A DNA stretch of 46,557 nucleotides from Bacilli bacterium (GTDB lineage: Bacteria; Bacillota_I; Bacilli_A; RF39; UBA660): contig JAFUYX010000039.1 in NCBI GenBank assembly GCA_017476885.1, positions 1 through 46,557 on the forward strand, given 5' to 3'. The position numbers and the translations under genes were made by a program. Under the pieces are notes generated by a model that was not told the DNA's origin, did not search any database, and saw only the letters and a list, made by a program, of their open reading frames with translations. Positions 20,344 through 27,518 of the stretch are shown in pieces (the stretch's first letter is position 1; the number at the start of each line of letters is the position of its first letter).

Positions 20344-20591
20344 TTTCATGGTCTTATTATCCCTCTATCGATTTGCATGGAGAGTTTGCTGTTACAGCTT
20401 ATACTGTAGTGCATGATTTTATTACGGATCAAATAAAGTTAAAAAATAAGTATGTTTTGATTATTCATGGAAAGGGTAGTGGAAAATTAAAAGAGGAAGT
20501 GCATCATATTTTATCTCAGGATAAACGAGTGGTTCAGTACCAATTAGACGGATCTAATCTTGGGCAAACCATAGTTGAATTAAGAGTCTAA
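20340..20591 (+). CDS. Smr-domain protein
   Basis: IDLHG ... LIIHGKGSGKLKEEV ... GSNLGQTIVEL matches the Smr nuclease domain. ATGA overlap with the upstream gene. Confidence 0.75.
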   Translation: MISWSYYPSIDLHGEFAVTAYTVVHDFITDQIKLKNKYVLIIHGKGSGKLKEEVHHILSQDKRVVQYQLDGSNLGQTIVELRV

Positions 20592-20612
20592 AGTTCATTT
20601 TTCTTCCAGCAT

Positions 20613-20716
20613 TTGACTTTTTTTGTAAATTGTAGTATACTTTATGTACACAAGGGGATAGAAAAAGTCAATGCAATATACACAAATTTGACATTTTTGA
20701 TATTTTGTGATATAAT
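20613..20716 (+). promoter_or_regulatory. Two tandem near-consensus sigma-A promoters
   Basis: P1 is TTGACT-17-TATACT (20613-20641). P2 is TTGACA-17-TATAAT with a TGn extension (20688-20716). Confidence 0.6.
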
Positions 20717-20752
20717 GTAATTACGAGATGAGTAATAGAGGGGGTTTTATAT

Positions 20753-21175
20753 ATGAAAAATTTCGTTTTAGATTATGTGAATGAGAATGAATTTAGAAAG
20801 TTGGAAAGATCTCTTAAGAAATATAATATGAGAGCGTTTAAGAAGTTAAATTTCGATTATTATCCTGAAATGAGAGATGGTAAATTTCCTGGTGAGATGA
20901 TTAGTAAAAACAAAGAAGCTGGGACTGAAACTTATGAACTTAAATTACCAAGTGATCCAATGTTTGCTCAAGTTCATGGAGAGGTTAAGTTAATTTATAC
21001 AGTTTATAAAAAAGAAGAAACTATTATGTTAAAAGAGATATTACCTAAAGATATCTTACTTGAAGGACATCGAAGTGAACTTGGAACTTATAAAGGAATC
21101 ATGATTAGTAAAGCCAATGCTTCTAAAGATATTTTCAAAATTGACTTGCTAAATATGTTACAAGAAAAGGAATAA
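20753..21175 (+). CDS. Hypothetical protein (140 aa), possible RelE/ParE-like core
   Basis: GAGGGGG RBS. The segment ETYELKLPSDPMFAQVHGEVKLIYTVYKKEETIMLKEILPK resembles the ELR...RIIY...I.L..I strand pattern of RelE/ParE or Gp49 toxins. No partner gene is present. Confidence 0.5.
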   Translation: MKNFVLDYVNENEFRKLERSLKKYNMRAFKKLNFDYYPEMRDGKFPGEMISKNKEAGTETYELKLPSDPMFAQVHGEVKLIYTVYKKEETIMLKEILPKDILLEGHRSELGTYKGIMISKANASKDIFKIDLLNMLQEKE

Positions 21176-21190
21176 TTTTTCCTTTTTTTT
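21165..21190 (+). terminator. Rho-independent terminator
   Basis: Stem AAAAGGAA/TTCCTTTT followed by a T-run. Confidence 0.75.
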
Positions 21191-21227
21191 ATTGTAATTT
21201 TATGCTATAATGTTTTTGTGCTTTTAT

Positions 21228-21303
21228 TACCCAGTAGCCAAGTGGTAAGGCAGTGGGCTCTGACCCCATCATTTCGTAGGTTCGAATCCTACCTGGGTAG
21301 CCA
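21228..21303 (+). tRNA. tRNA-Gln (anticodon CTG)
   Basis: Acceptor stem TACCCAG/CTGGGTA. GCCAAGTGGTAAGGC D-arm. Anticodon loop CTCTGAC. T-arm GTAGG-TTCGAAT-CCTAC. Encoded CCA. Confidence 0.85.
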
Positions 21304-21373
21304 ATTTTTTTAGATATTTTTTTAAAAATGTCTTGTATTTTGATAAATACTATTGTATAATTAAGTAGTTGTT

Positions 21374-21450
21374 GGACCTCTAGCTCAGTTGGTTAGAGCA
21401 CTCGGCTCATAACCGATTGGTCGTAGGTTCGAGTCCTACGAGGTCCACCA
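21374..21450 (+). tRNA. tRNA with CAT anticodon (elongator Met or lysidine-modified Ile2)
   Basis: Acceptor stem GGACCTC/GAGGTCC. Anticodon loop CTCATAA. T-arm GTAGG-TTCGAGT-CCTAC. Encoded CCA. The G1-C72 pair argues against an initiator tRNA. Confidence 0.85.
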
Positions 21451-21459
21451 TTTATTACT

Positions 21460-21544
21460 GCAGGTGTGGCGAAATTGGTAGACGCATTAGACTTAGGATC
21501 TAACGCTTTACGGCATGGGGGTTCAAGTCCCTTCACCTGCACCA
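21460..21544 (+). tRNA. tRNA-Leu (anticodon TAG)
   Basis: Acceptor stem GCAGGTG/CACCTGC. Anticodon loop CTTAGGA. Long variable arm. T-loop GGGGG-TTCAAGT-CCCTT. Encoded CCA. Confidence 0.9.
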
Positions 21545-21583
21545 GTGACGAATCTGTTCGAACTATTCGAACTTTATATATAG

Positions 21584-21608
21584 AGAACTTGAAAAAAGTT
21601 CTTTTTTA
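21584..21608 (+). terminator. tRNA cluster terminator
   Basis: Stem AGAACTT/AAGTTCT followed by TTTTT. It overlaps the -35 element of the next promoter. Confidence 0.65.
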
Positions 21609-21623
21609 TGTTATTATGTATTT

Positions 21624-21736
21624 AGCAAGAAAACTTGCATAAAATAAAAAAGAGGAACATTTAAAGTTGCTAGTGAATGTCGCCTCAATTAATTGAGTTG
21701 GACACTCTATCTAAGCAGATGAGTGTCTATTTTTTT
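21624..21736 (+). ncRNA. Candidate antisense (antitoxin) RNA, module 1
   Basis: TTGAAA-17-TATTAT promoter (21589-21617). Strong terminator GACACTC(T)ATCT-aagc-AGATGAGTGTC plus T-run (21701-21736). The terminator overlaps the stop codon and 3' UTR of the minus-strand peptide gene. Confidence 0.5.
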
Positions 21737-21819
21737 ATGACTAATACCAATAAGGTAAGAAGTGATAAAATGATACAGATGTATCTTAGGAGTTTAATTA
21801 CATAAACTCTTTTTTTCAT
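21727..21819 (-). CDS. 30-aa hydrophobic peptide, candidate type I toxin (module 1)
   Basis: The minus strand reads MKKRVYVIKLLRYICIILSLLTLLVLVIKK*. A GGAGG RBS lies 9 nt upstream. Promoter TTGAGT-17-(TG)nCATAAT at 21885-21913. Terminator hairpin plus T-tract at 21641-21686. Confidence 0.6.
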   Translation of the reverse strand: MKKRVYVIKLLRYICIILSLLTLLVLVIKK

Positions 21820-22059
21820 CGATATCTACCTCCTTCCTTTTTCAAGACTGGAGGACGACACTCACATTAAATGTTCCTAATAAAATTATGCCAAACATTT
21901 ATTCGCGACTCAATAGTTTTACTATATTTTTTCTATTATATATAATAAACCATAGTATTTTGATATTAATGTCAAAATACCTAGGGGGTTAAATATTTTG
22001 TCAAAACAAAATAATGGAAAAATTTTGACAAAACAATGTTTTTATGATAATATTTGTAT

Positions 22060-22178
22060 GTAAGCAGAAAGAACTGCATAAAATAAAAAAGGGAACATTC
22101 AGTTTAGCAATGTTGAATGTCTACCCAAAATTATTTGGACGACATTTAATTCATATGCGAATTAAGTGTCATTTTTTT
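22060..22178 (+). ncRNA. Candidate antisense (antitoxin) RNA, module 2
   Basis: TTGACA-17-TAATAT promoter with a TGn extension (22025-22053). A 12-bp terminator stem GACATTTAATTC/GAATTAAGTGTC plus T7 (22141-22178) covers the peptide stop codon. Confidence 0.5.
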
Positions 22179-22261
22179 ATTACTACTATCATAATGATAA
22201 GGAGAAATAAAATGATAGTAATGTATCGAAGAACTTTGATTATAAAGTTTCTTTTCTTCAT
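22169..22261 (-). CDS. 30-aa hydrophobic peptide, candidate type I toxin (module 2)
   Basis: The minus strand reads MKKRNFIIKVLRYITIILFLLIIMIVVIKK*, a paralog of the module 1 peptide. GAGGAGG RBS. Promoter TTGTTT-17-TATAAT at 22327-22355. Terminator hairpin plus T-tract at 22077-22126. Confidence 0.6.
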   Translation of the reverse strand: MKKRNFIIKVLRYITIILFLLIIMIVVIKK

Positions 22262-22516
22262 CATTATCAAACCTCCTCTCTATAAGAGATTTGGTAGACA
22301 CTCAACAACTGATATTCCCTATGAAAATTATACTATTAAACAATTATATAAACAAGCGAACAAGTAAAAAAATGTAACAATTTTATAAAGTTGTGATATA
22401 CCTATATTAGTTAGTAAGTTATTATTACCTATTAATGTTTGTAAGAAAAGTTATTCGACTTCTTCTTCGTGGGCACCATTAAAGAATCTGGTTGAACTTT
22501 GGTTCAATTTACTAAT

Positions 22517-22549
22517 AAAAATCAATTCTTGAAATGGAATTGATTTTTT
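22517..22549. terminator. Bidirectional hairpin terminator with no obvious gene
   Basis: Stem ATCAATTC/GAATTGAT flanked by an A-run and a T-run. Confidence 0.5.
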
Positions 22550-22860
22550 GTTTTGCAAAAGAAAGGAATGATTTAATGGTAAATATTATTAAACAAAAAA
22601 TTGATATTGAAGAATTCGATTTAGAAAGCAAAAATGATGACTTTTAGAGGTAAAACTTTATTTCATCTTTATTTTTTTGTAATTTTTTTTACTGATTTTA
22701 AACTATAATAAGAAGGTGGAGTCAATGTGGGAATTTGGGATTATTCTATAGCACTCTTAACGCACTTTAGAGTTTTTCTTTTAGACTTTATTCGAATCGT
22801 ATTTGACCCGTTTTTTTTCTTATGTTATACTAAGTTTAATTGAAGATAGGAGGTGTGTGT

Positions 22861-23247
22861 ATGAAAAAAGGTTTCAAATTTTTGGGGGTTTTGGTTCTTG
22901 TTGGTGCTTTGTTTTTCGCTGCTGGATGTGAAAAAAAGGATATGAGTCGTGTTGTTGGAACTTATGAAGGTCAATTTACAAAATTCGTAGGAGATCCTGA
23001 TGAGGCTAAGAATACCGAAGATGCTTTTTCTATTGAATTAAAAGAAGATGGGACTGGTATTCATCATCGTGATGATTTAGATTTAAGTATTACTTGGACT
23101 TTGGATGGAGAAAACTTTACTATGAAAGAGACTTTTTTAAAGATTTCTATAGATTATACAGGAACTTTAAAAGATGGAAAATTAGATATCTTTAATGGAG
23201 ATCCTACTAATGATGTTACTTGCGAGTATGTATATCAAAAAAAATAA
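22861..23247 (+). CDS. Small lipoprotein of unknown function
   Basis: TAGGAGGTG RBS. Signal peptide with lipobox FAAG-C. TTGACC-17-TATACT promoter at 22803-22831. Confidence 0.7.
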   Translation: MKKGFKFLGVLVLVGALFFAAGCEKKDMSRVVGTYEGQFTKFVGDPDEAKNTEDAFSIELKEDGTGIHHRDDLDLSITWTLDGENFTMKETFLKISIDYTGTLKDGKLDIFNGDPTNDVTCEYVYQKK

Positions 23248-23270
23248 AGAACGTTTCTGTTCTTTATTTT

Positions 23271-24605
23271 TTAATAGTTTAATGTTTCCATTGATGGAGG
23301 CATATTTTGTTTGGGTTCTTGATTAATAGTTTCAAATTTGGCTTCTTCCATCTTCTTTTGATTTCTATCTACTTTTCCAATGATAGCATTTTTCAAGTCG
23401 CTTTGTTTTTCACCTAAGTCATCTTCAATATCGATTACTCTTAGTACTTCTTCAAAGCTTGTAAGGCCATTAATAACTTTGATTAATCCATCGTTTAATA
23501 AACTTGTTGCCGTTCCTGTATTATAAATTAACTCACGTATTTGTTCTTTGGGCATATTATTTACGATTGCATCTCTGATTTCTTGATTTAAAACCAGTAC
23601 TTCATGTAAAGGAATACGTCCTGTATATCCCTTATAGCAGTTATTACATCCAACTGGTTTATAGATGTTTTCAATATCCATTCCAAGGGCAGCTTTAAAC
23701 ACTCTTTTTTCATAATCTGTTGTTGGTCTTGCTTCTCTACATTTAGGGCATAATTTTTTACATAATCTTTGAGAGATGATGGCTTCTAGAGCAGAACCTA
23801 GTAAATATCTTTCTACTTCCATATCTACAAGACGTTCTATGGTTGTCAGAGAGTTGTTTGTGTGGATGGTGGATAATACTAAGTGACCTGTAATCGAAGC
23901 ACGTACAGCAATTCTTGCGGTTTCGTTATCACGAATCTCTCCAATCATGATAATGTCTGGGTCTTGACGTAAGATAGAACGTAAGGCTGTGGCAAATGTC
24001 AGACCGATTTCACTCATGGTTTGAACTTGATTGATTCCGGCGATTTTCATTTCGACTGGGTCTTCAACGGTGATAATATTTCTGCTTTCTGTATTTAGGG
24101 TTTCTAGTATGGCATATACCGTGGTTGATTTACCTGATCCGGTAGCTCCTGTGACTAAAATGATTCCATTTGGTTTGCTTATGGCTTTTTGAACTAATTC
24201 ATAATTTCTTTCTGAAAATCCTAGGGAATCTAAACTACTTGTTGTAGCAGAGTAATCTAGCAAACGGATAACGACTTTTTCGCCATATACAATTGGTAGA
24301 GTAGAGACACGGAAATCCAAATCTTTTCCGTCTGCAGTCATTTTAATCGCACCATCTTGAGGGATTCTTGATTCTGTAATATTCATTCCTGAAATAATTT
24401 TTACTCTGGTTACGAGATTCTTTTTTACTGCTTCTGGAACTACAGCATATAAAATTAGTTCTCCATCTACACGAATACGCACGTTTAAAACATCTGGTGT
24501 GGGATCCATATGAATATCGCTGGCTCTTTTTCTTGCTGCGTCTAAAAGCATTTCATTCACGATGTCAACGATTGGTTGGTTTTGATAATCATATTCTGTA
24601 AACAT
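23271..24605 (-). CDS. GspE/PilB-family secretion ATPase (T2SSE)
   Basis: Walker A GATGSGKSTT. Asp and His boxes. Tetracysteine motif CPKC...CNNC. AAGGTGA RBS before MFTEY. A roughly 50-aa hydrophilic C-terminal extension. Confidence 0.85.
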   Translation of the reverse strand: MFTEYDYQNQPIVDIVNEMLLDAARKRASDIHMDPTPDVLNVRIRVDGELILYAVVPEAVKKNLVTRVKIISGMNITESRIPQDGAIKMTADGKDLDFRVSTLPIVYGEKVVIRLLDYSATTSSLDSLGFSERNYELVQKAISKPNGIILVTGATGSGKSTTVYAILETLNTESRNIITVEDPVEMKIAGINQVQTMSEIGLTFATALRSILRQDPDIIMIGEIRDNETARIAVRASITGHLVLSTIHTNNSLTTIERLVDMEVERYLLGSALEAIISQRLCKKLCPKCREARPTTDYEKRVFKAALGMDIENIYKPVGCNNCYKGYTGRIPLHEVLVLNQEIRDAIVNNMPKEQIRELIYNTGTATSLLNDGLIKVINGLTSFEEVLRVIDIEDDLGEKQSDLKNAIIGKVDRNQKKMEEAKFETINQEPKQNMPPSMETLNY

Positions 24606-24748
24606 CACTGCATCACCTTTAGTTCCCTTATTCTTGTTTTATTTTAACATAGACCTAAAAAAAATACAATTCTTATATCGGTTTTTCTTTCTATTTTTTT
24701 ACACTTGATGTATAATACGAGTTAGGTAAGGGAAAAAGAGTTGATATT

Positions 24749-25318
24749 ATGAATTCCATTAGACAGTTGCTTCATTCTTCCAAACGTTCTTGGTTGTTAT
24801 TAATTTGTATTTTTCTCTCTTTAATGGGTGCTTTTGCAATGTTGCTTTCAAAACATTTACTAGAAGTACAAATTGATGCTAGGTTATCCAAAGCTTCTAA
24901 GGAACAGGAAACTTTAGTTTTTACTTATCTTCCTAGTGAGGATAAAAAAAGGGTTTTAATCTATGAAGATGATACTTATCATTACTATTATTATGGAATA
25001 CAAGAGGCTTCTATTCATTATGAAAGCACTTATACTTCCTTTCCAAACGCTTTAAAAAAAGAGTATATTACGATTGAGGGTATGTTAGATGGTTGTGTGA
25101 AAAAAGAATCGACAGCGAATACGAATTTTTATGTTCATGCATCTACTAAAGAGAAGGAAGATTTTCAATTTGCTATTGAGACTCGGAAGGATGAAGAAGG
25201 AAATACTCTTGGCTTTTATATTACTTTTGCTCCTACGAAGGTAGATTTAATCAAGTATTTGAGTCAAGGTGACGCTTTAGAAAATATGCGTTTAGAATCA
25301 CTACAAAAAAAATGTTAA
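24749..25318 (+). CDS. Membrane-anchored hypothetical protein
   Basis: One N-terminal TM helix (WLLLICIFLSLMGAFAMLL) followed by a soluble domain. The 3' end overlaps the convergent spoVB-like gene by 68 nt. Confidence 0.45.
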   Translation: MNSIRQLLHSSKRSWLLLICIFLSLMGAFAMLLSKHLLEVQIDARLSKASKEQETLVFTYLPSEDKKRVLIYEDDTYHYYYYGIQEASIHYESTYTSFPNALKKEYITIEGMLDGCVKKESTANTNFYVHASTKEKEDFQFAIETRKDEEGNTLGFYITFAPTKVDLIKYLSQGDALENMRLESLQKKC

Positions 25319-26552
25319 ATATTTCTGAGAATACTAGGGAGTAAAGCCCTATGTGACAAAAGGTTAGAATTGAGAGAAGGAATAGTTTTAAAATGATTCC
25401 TAAAAAACTAATTTTGAAGGAGGTTTTTGCTTTTCCAATTGCTTGCATGGTGCTAATTAAAGGAGATTCTAAGTAGAATAGTACAAATATGGGAGCAAGT
25501 AAGGAAATGTAGGCAGCACCAGATGTGGTTCTATATAGAATTTTTAAGAGATTATCTTTGGCTATGAGGATTCCTATGGAAGATAGAAATCCAATTGTAA
25601 AAGAATAGAATAAGGCTTGTTTGAGTCTTTTTTTTAGTTTGATATAGTTTTTTTTACTATAGTGCTTTGATATTTCTGGTATGAGGATTTGGTCGATTGC
25701 TGAGATGAAAAAGGAAGGCATGGTTAGTAGACCTAGGGCATAGGCATGGTAAGACGCGTATTCACCTAAGATATAGTGGTTTGAATATCCATTTAGTAAG
25801 AGGAGATTTGTGAGTATAATGGGTTCTAGAAAGAATCCTATGTTCCCTATGAGTCTTGAAGATACACAGGGGATACTTGTTTCTAAAAGAGAGGATAGAA
25901 TTTTTCTTTGAGGGATAAAATCTTTTTTTTCAATATGGATTTTTTTAGGTAAAAATAGAAAAAAGATGAAACAACTCACTGATTCTGTTAAAATGCTAAT
26001 CAGAATGAAACAAATCAGCCCTGCTAGTGCGTTATGCATTACTAATTTTGGAAGGAAAAAGATTAAAAAGAGGATTCTAATACTTTGTTCTATCATGTTG
26101 GATAATGTATTTGGAAGTACTTTAAATTTACCTAGAAAGTATCCTTTGAATATGGAAGAAAAGGATATAAATGGTAATGTTAATGCCATGGCTTTGATGA
26201 TGGGGATGACCTCTTTTTGCTTTAGAAATATTTGAGCTATAAAGTCTGAGAAATGGTAGAATATAAATATTAAGATTCCTTCTAGTAGAAGTGCAAAAAA
26301 GAAGGAAGTGGTAAGAATTCTTTTTTCTGAGAATCGTTCTTCACTTATGAGTTTAGAGATGGACAAAGGAAGAGCAAACGTGGCTAAGGCAACCATTAAC
26401 GAGTAGGTTGGAACAGCTATGGTATAGAGTGCTAAGGCTTCTTCTCCGATGGCTCTGGTAAAAAGAATTTTAATGATAAAACTTTGTATTTTTACGATGA
26501 AACCACCTATTAATAGAACTATAATTGACATTTTAAATGTATCTTTTTTCAA
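25251..26552 (-). CDS. spoVB: SpoVB-like MOP-superfamily flippase (stage V sporulation protein B family)
   Basis: The N-terminus IIKILFTRAIGEEALALYTIAVPTYSLMVALATFALPLSISKLISE parallels B. subtilis SpoVB. Polytopic. Synteny with comN-like and relA. Confidence 0.7.
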   Translation of the reverse strand: MKKDTFKMSIIVLLIGGFIVKIQSFIIKILFTRAIGEEALALYTIAVPTYSLMVALATFALPLSISKLISEERFSEKRILTTSFFFALLLEGILIFIFYHFSDFIAQIFLKQKEVIPIIKAMALTLPFISFSSIFKGYFLGKFKVLPNTLSNMIEQSIRILFLIFFLPKLVMHNALAGLICFILISILTESVSCFIFFLFLPKKIHIEKKDFIPQRKILSSLLETSIPCVSSRLIGNIGFFLEPIILTNLLLLNGYSNHYILGEYASYHAYALGLLTMPSFFISAIDQILIPEISKHYSKKNYIKLKKRLKQALFYSFTIGFLSSIGILIAKDNLLKILYRTTSGAAYISLLAPIFVLFYLESPLISTMQAIGKAKTSFKISFLGIILKLFLLSILTFCHIGLYSLVFSEIFNIFFVVILNAYFLKRHLDSNT

Positions 26553-26633
26553 TATTCATCTTTCCTATTCTTTCACAATGATATATAATAATATATGAGG
26601 AAACACTTCTATTTTAGAAGAGGATGTGATTTT

Positions 26634-26888
26634 GTGAATAAAGAACGATTTAAAACGATAGAAGAACTATATCAAAGAGTTTATCCAGCTTTAAGAATTA
26701 AAGTCAAAGATATGAAACTGGAAAAACTGGCTTTGATTGACGAAAAAAGTTTGTGGGATTATTTTTGCAATAAAAAATGGAGGATACAGAAGTCCATTAC
26801 ATTAGGTGAGATGATTGATGATATTTTGAACACGGATAGTTTTCAAATCTATCATGAAATGAAGGGAATGTTTGGTCGTGAAGATTGA
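26634..26888 (+). CDS. comN: ComN-like post-transcriptional regulator
   Basis: The SLWDYFCNKKWRIQKSITLGEMIDDIL core resembles ComN/YrzD. It sits next to spoVB, as in Bacillus. The GTG at 26634 follows an AGAGGA RBS. The ATG at 26595 abuts a TATAAT. Confidence 0.5.
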   Translation: MNKERFKTIEELYQRVYPALRIKVKDMKLEKLALIDEKSLWDYFCNKKWRIQKSITLGEMIDDILNTDSFQIYHEMKGMFGRED

Positions 26889-27516
26889 TGTAAATAAGCA
26901 GAGTAGTATTCGAATTTCAGGAAGTAAAATTCTTTATTTTGACCCTTTGGAATGGAATTATAAGCATGATGCTGATTATATTTTTATTACGCATTCTCAT
27001 TTTGATCATTTTTCTCTTCTTTCTATTTTAGAGTTGAAAAAAGATTCTACTGTCATTGTGACTCCAAAAGATATTGTAGAAGAATTATTATCTATTGGGA
27101 TTGGGGAAGAGTACATTTTAGTTGTTTCTCCAAATCAAAAAATCGTTTTAAAAAATTTGGAGATTCGTACGATCCCTGCTTATAATTTGCATAAGAAACA
27201 TCATCCTAAAGATAAAGGATGGGTTGGATACTTGGTAGATTTTGATGGAGTTACTTATTATATTGCAGGAGATAGTGATGTGACTAGTTCTGCGAAAGAG
27301 GTAAAATGTGATGTGGCTTTTTTGCCGGTTGGAGGAACCTATACGATGGATTGTCTTGAGGCTGCTAGTCTATGCAATCTTATTCATCCTAAACTTGCCA
27401 TTCCTATTCACTATGGTTATGTAGTTGGAAGTATTAAAGATGCTGAGATTTTTAAAAAACGTTTGGATAAAGATATTGAATGTAAAATTTTTATGAAAGG
27501 AGAACAACAAGATTAG
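26878..27516 (+). CDS. MBL-fold metallo-hydrolase
   Basis: HSHFDH (HxHxDH) motif, a later GDSD and a C-terminal IPIHYG. A GTG start lies 10 nt after GAAGGGA (TTG at 26872 is an alternative). The gene ends 2 nt before relA. Confidence 0.75.
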   Translation: MKIDVNKQSSIRISGSKILYFDPLEWNYKHDADYIFITHSHFDHFSLLSILELKKDSTVIVTPKDIVEELLSIGIGEEYILVVSPNQKIVLKNLEIRTIPAYNLHKKHHPKDKGWVGYLVDFDGVTYYIAGDSDVTSSAKEVKCDVAFLPVGGTYTMDCLEAASLCNLIHPKLAIPIHYGYVVGSIKDAEIFKKRLDKDIECKIFMKGEQQD

Positions 27517-27518
27517 TC

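Noticed and set aside
22044-22367. Plus-strand 107-aa ORF from the ORF track.
   Set aside because: Its ATG lies inside a TTGACA-17-TAATAT promoter. It runs through two terminator hairpins and is antisense to the RBS-equipped 30-aa peptide gene. The composition is Ile/Lys/Phe-rich, as expected from translating AT-rich non-coding DNA.
22380-22520. Possible third, degenerate toxin module or sRNA between module 2 and the hairpin at 22517-22549.
   Set aside because: No comparable peptide ORF is present (only an 8-codon ORF), and there is no convincing promoter pair. Only the orphan bidirectional hairpin is reported.
22576-22647. 23-aa ORF MVNIIKQKIDIEEFDLESKNDDF, which resembles a lantibiotic leader (FDLE motif).
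   Set aside because: No core peptide follows: TAG is followed by TAA two codons later. There are no modification or transport genes nearby. The match is most likely chance or a dead remnant.
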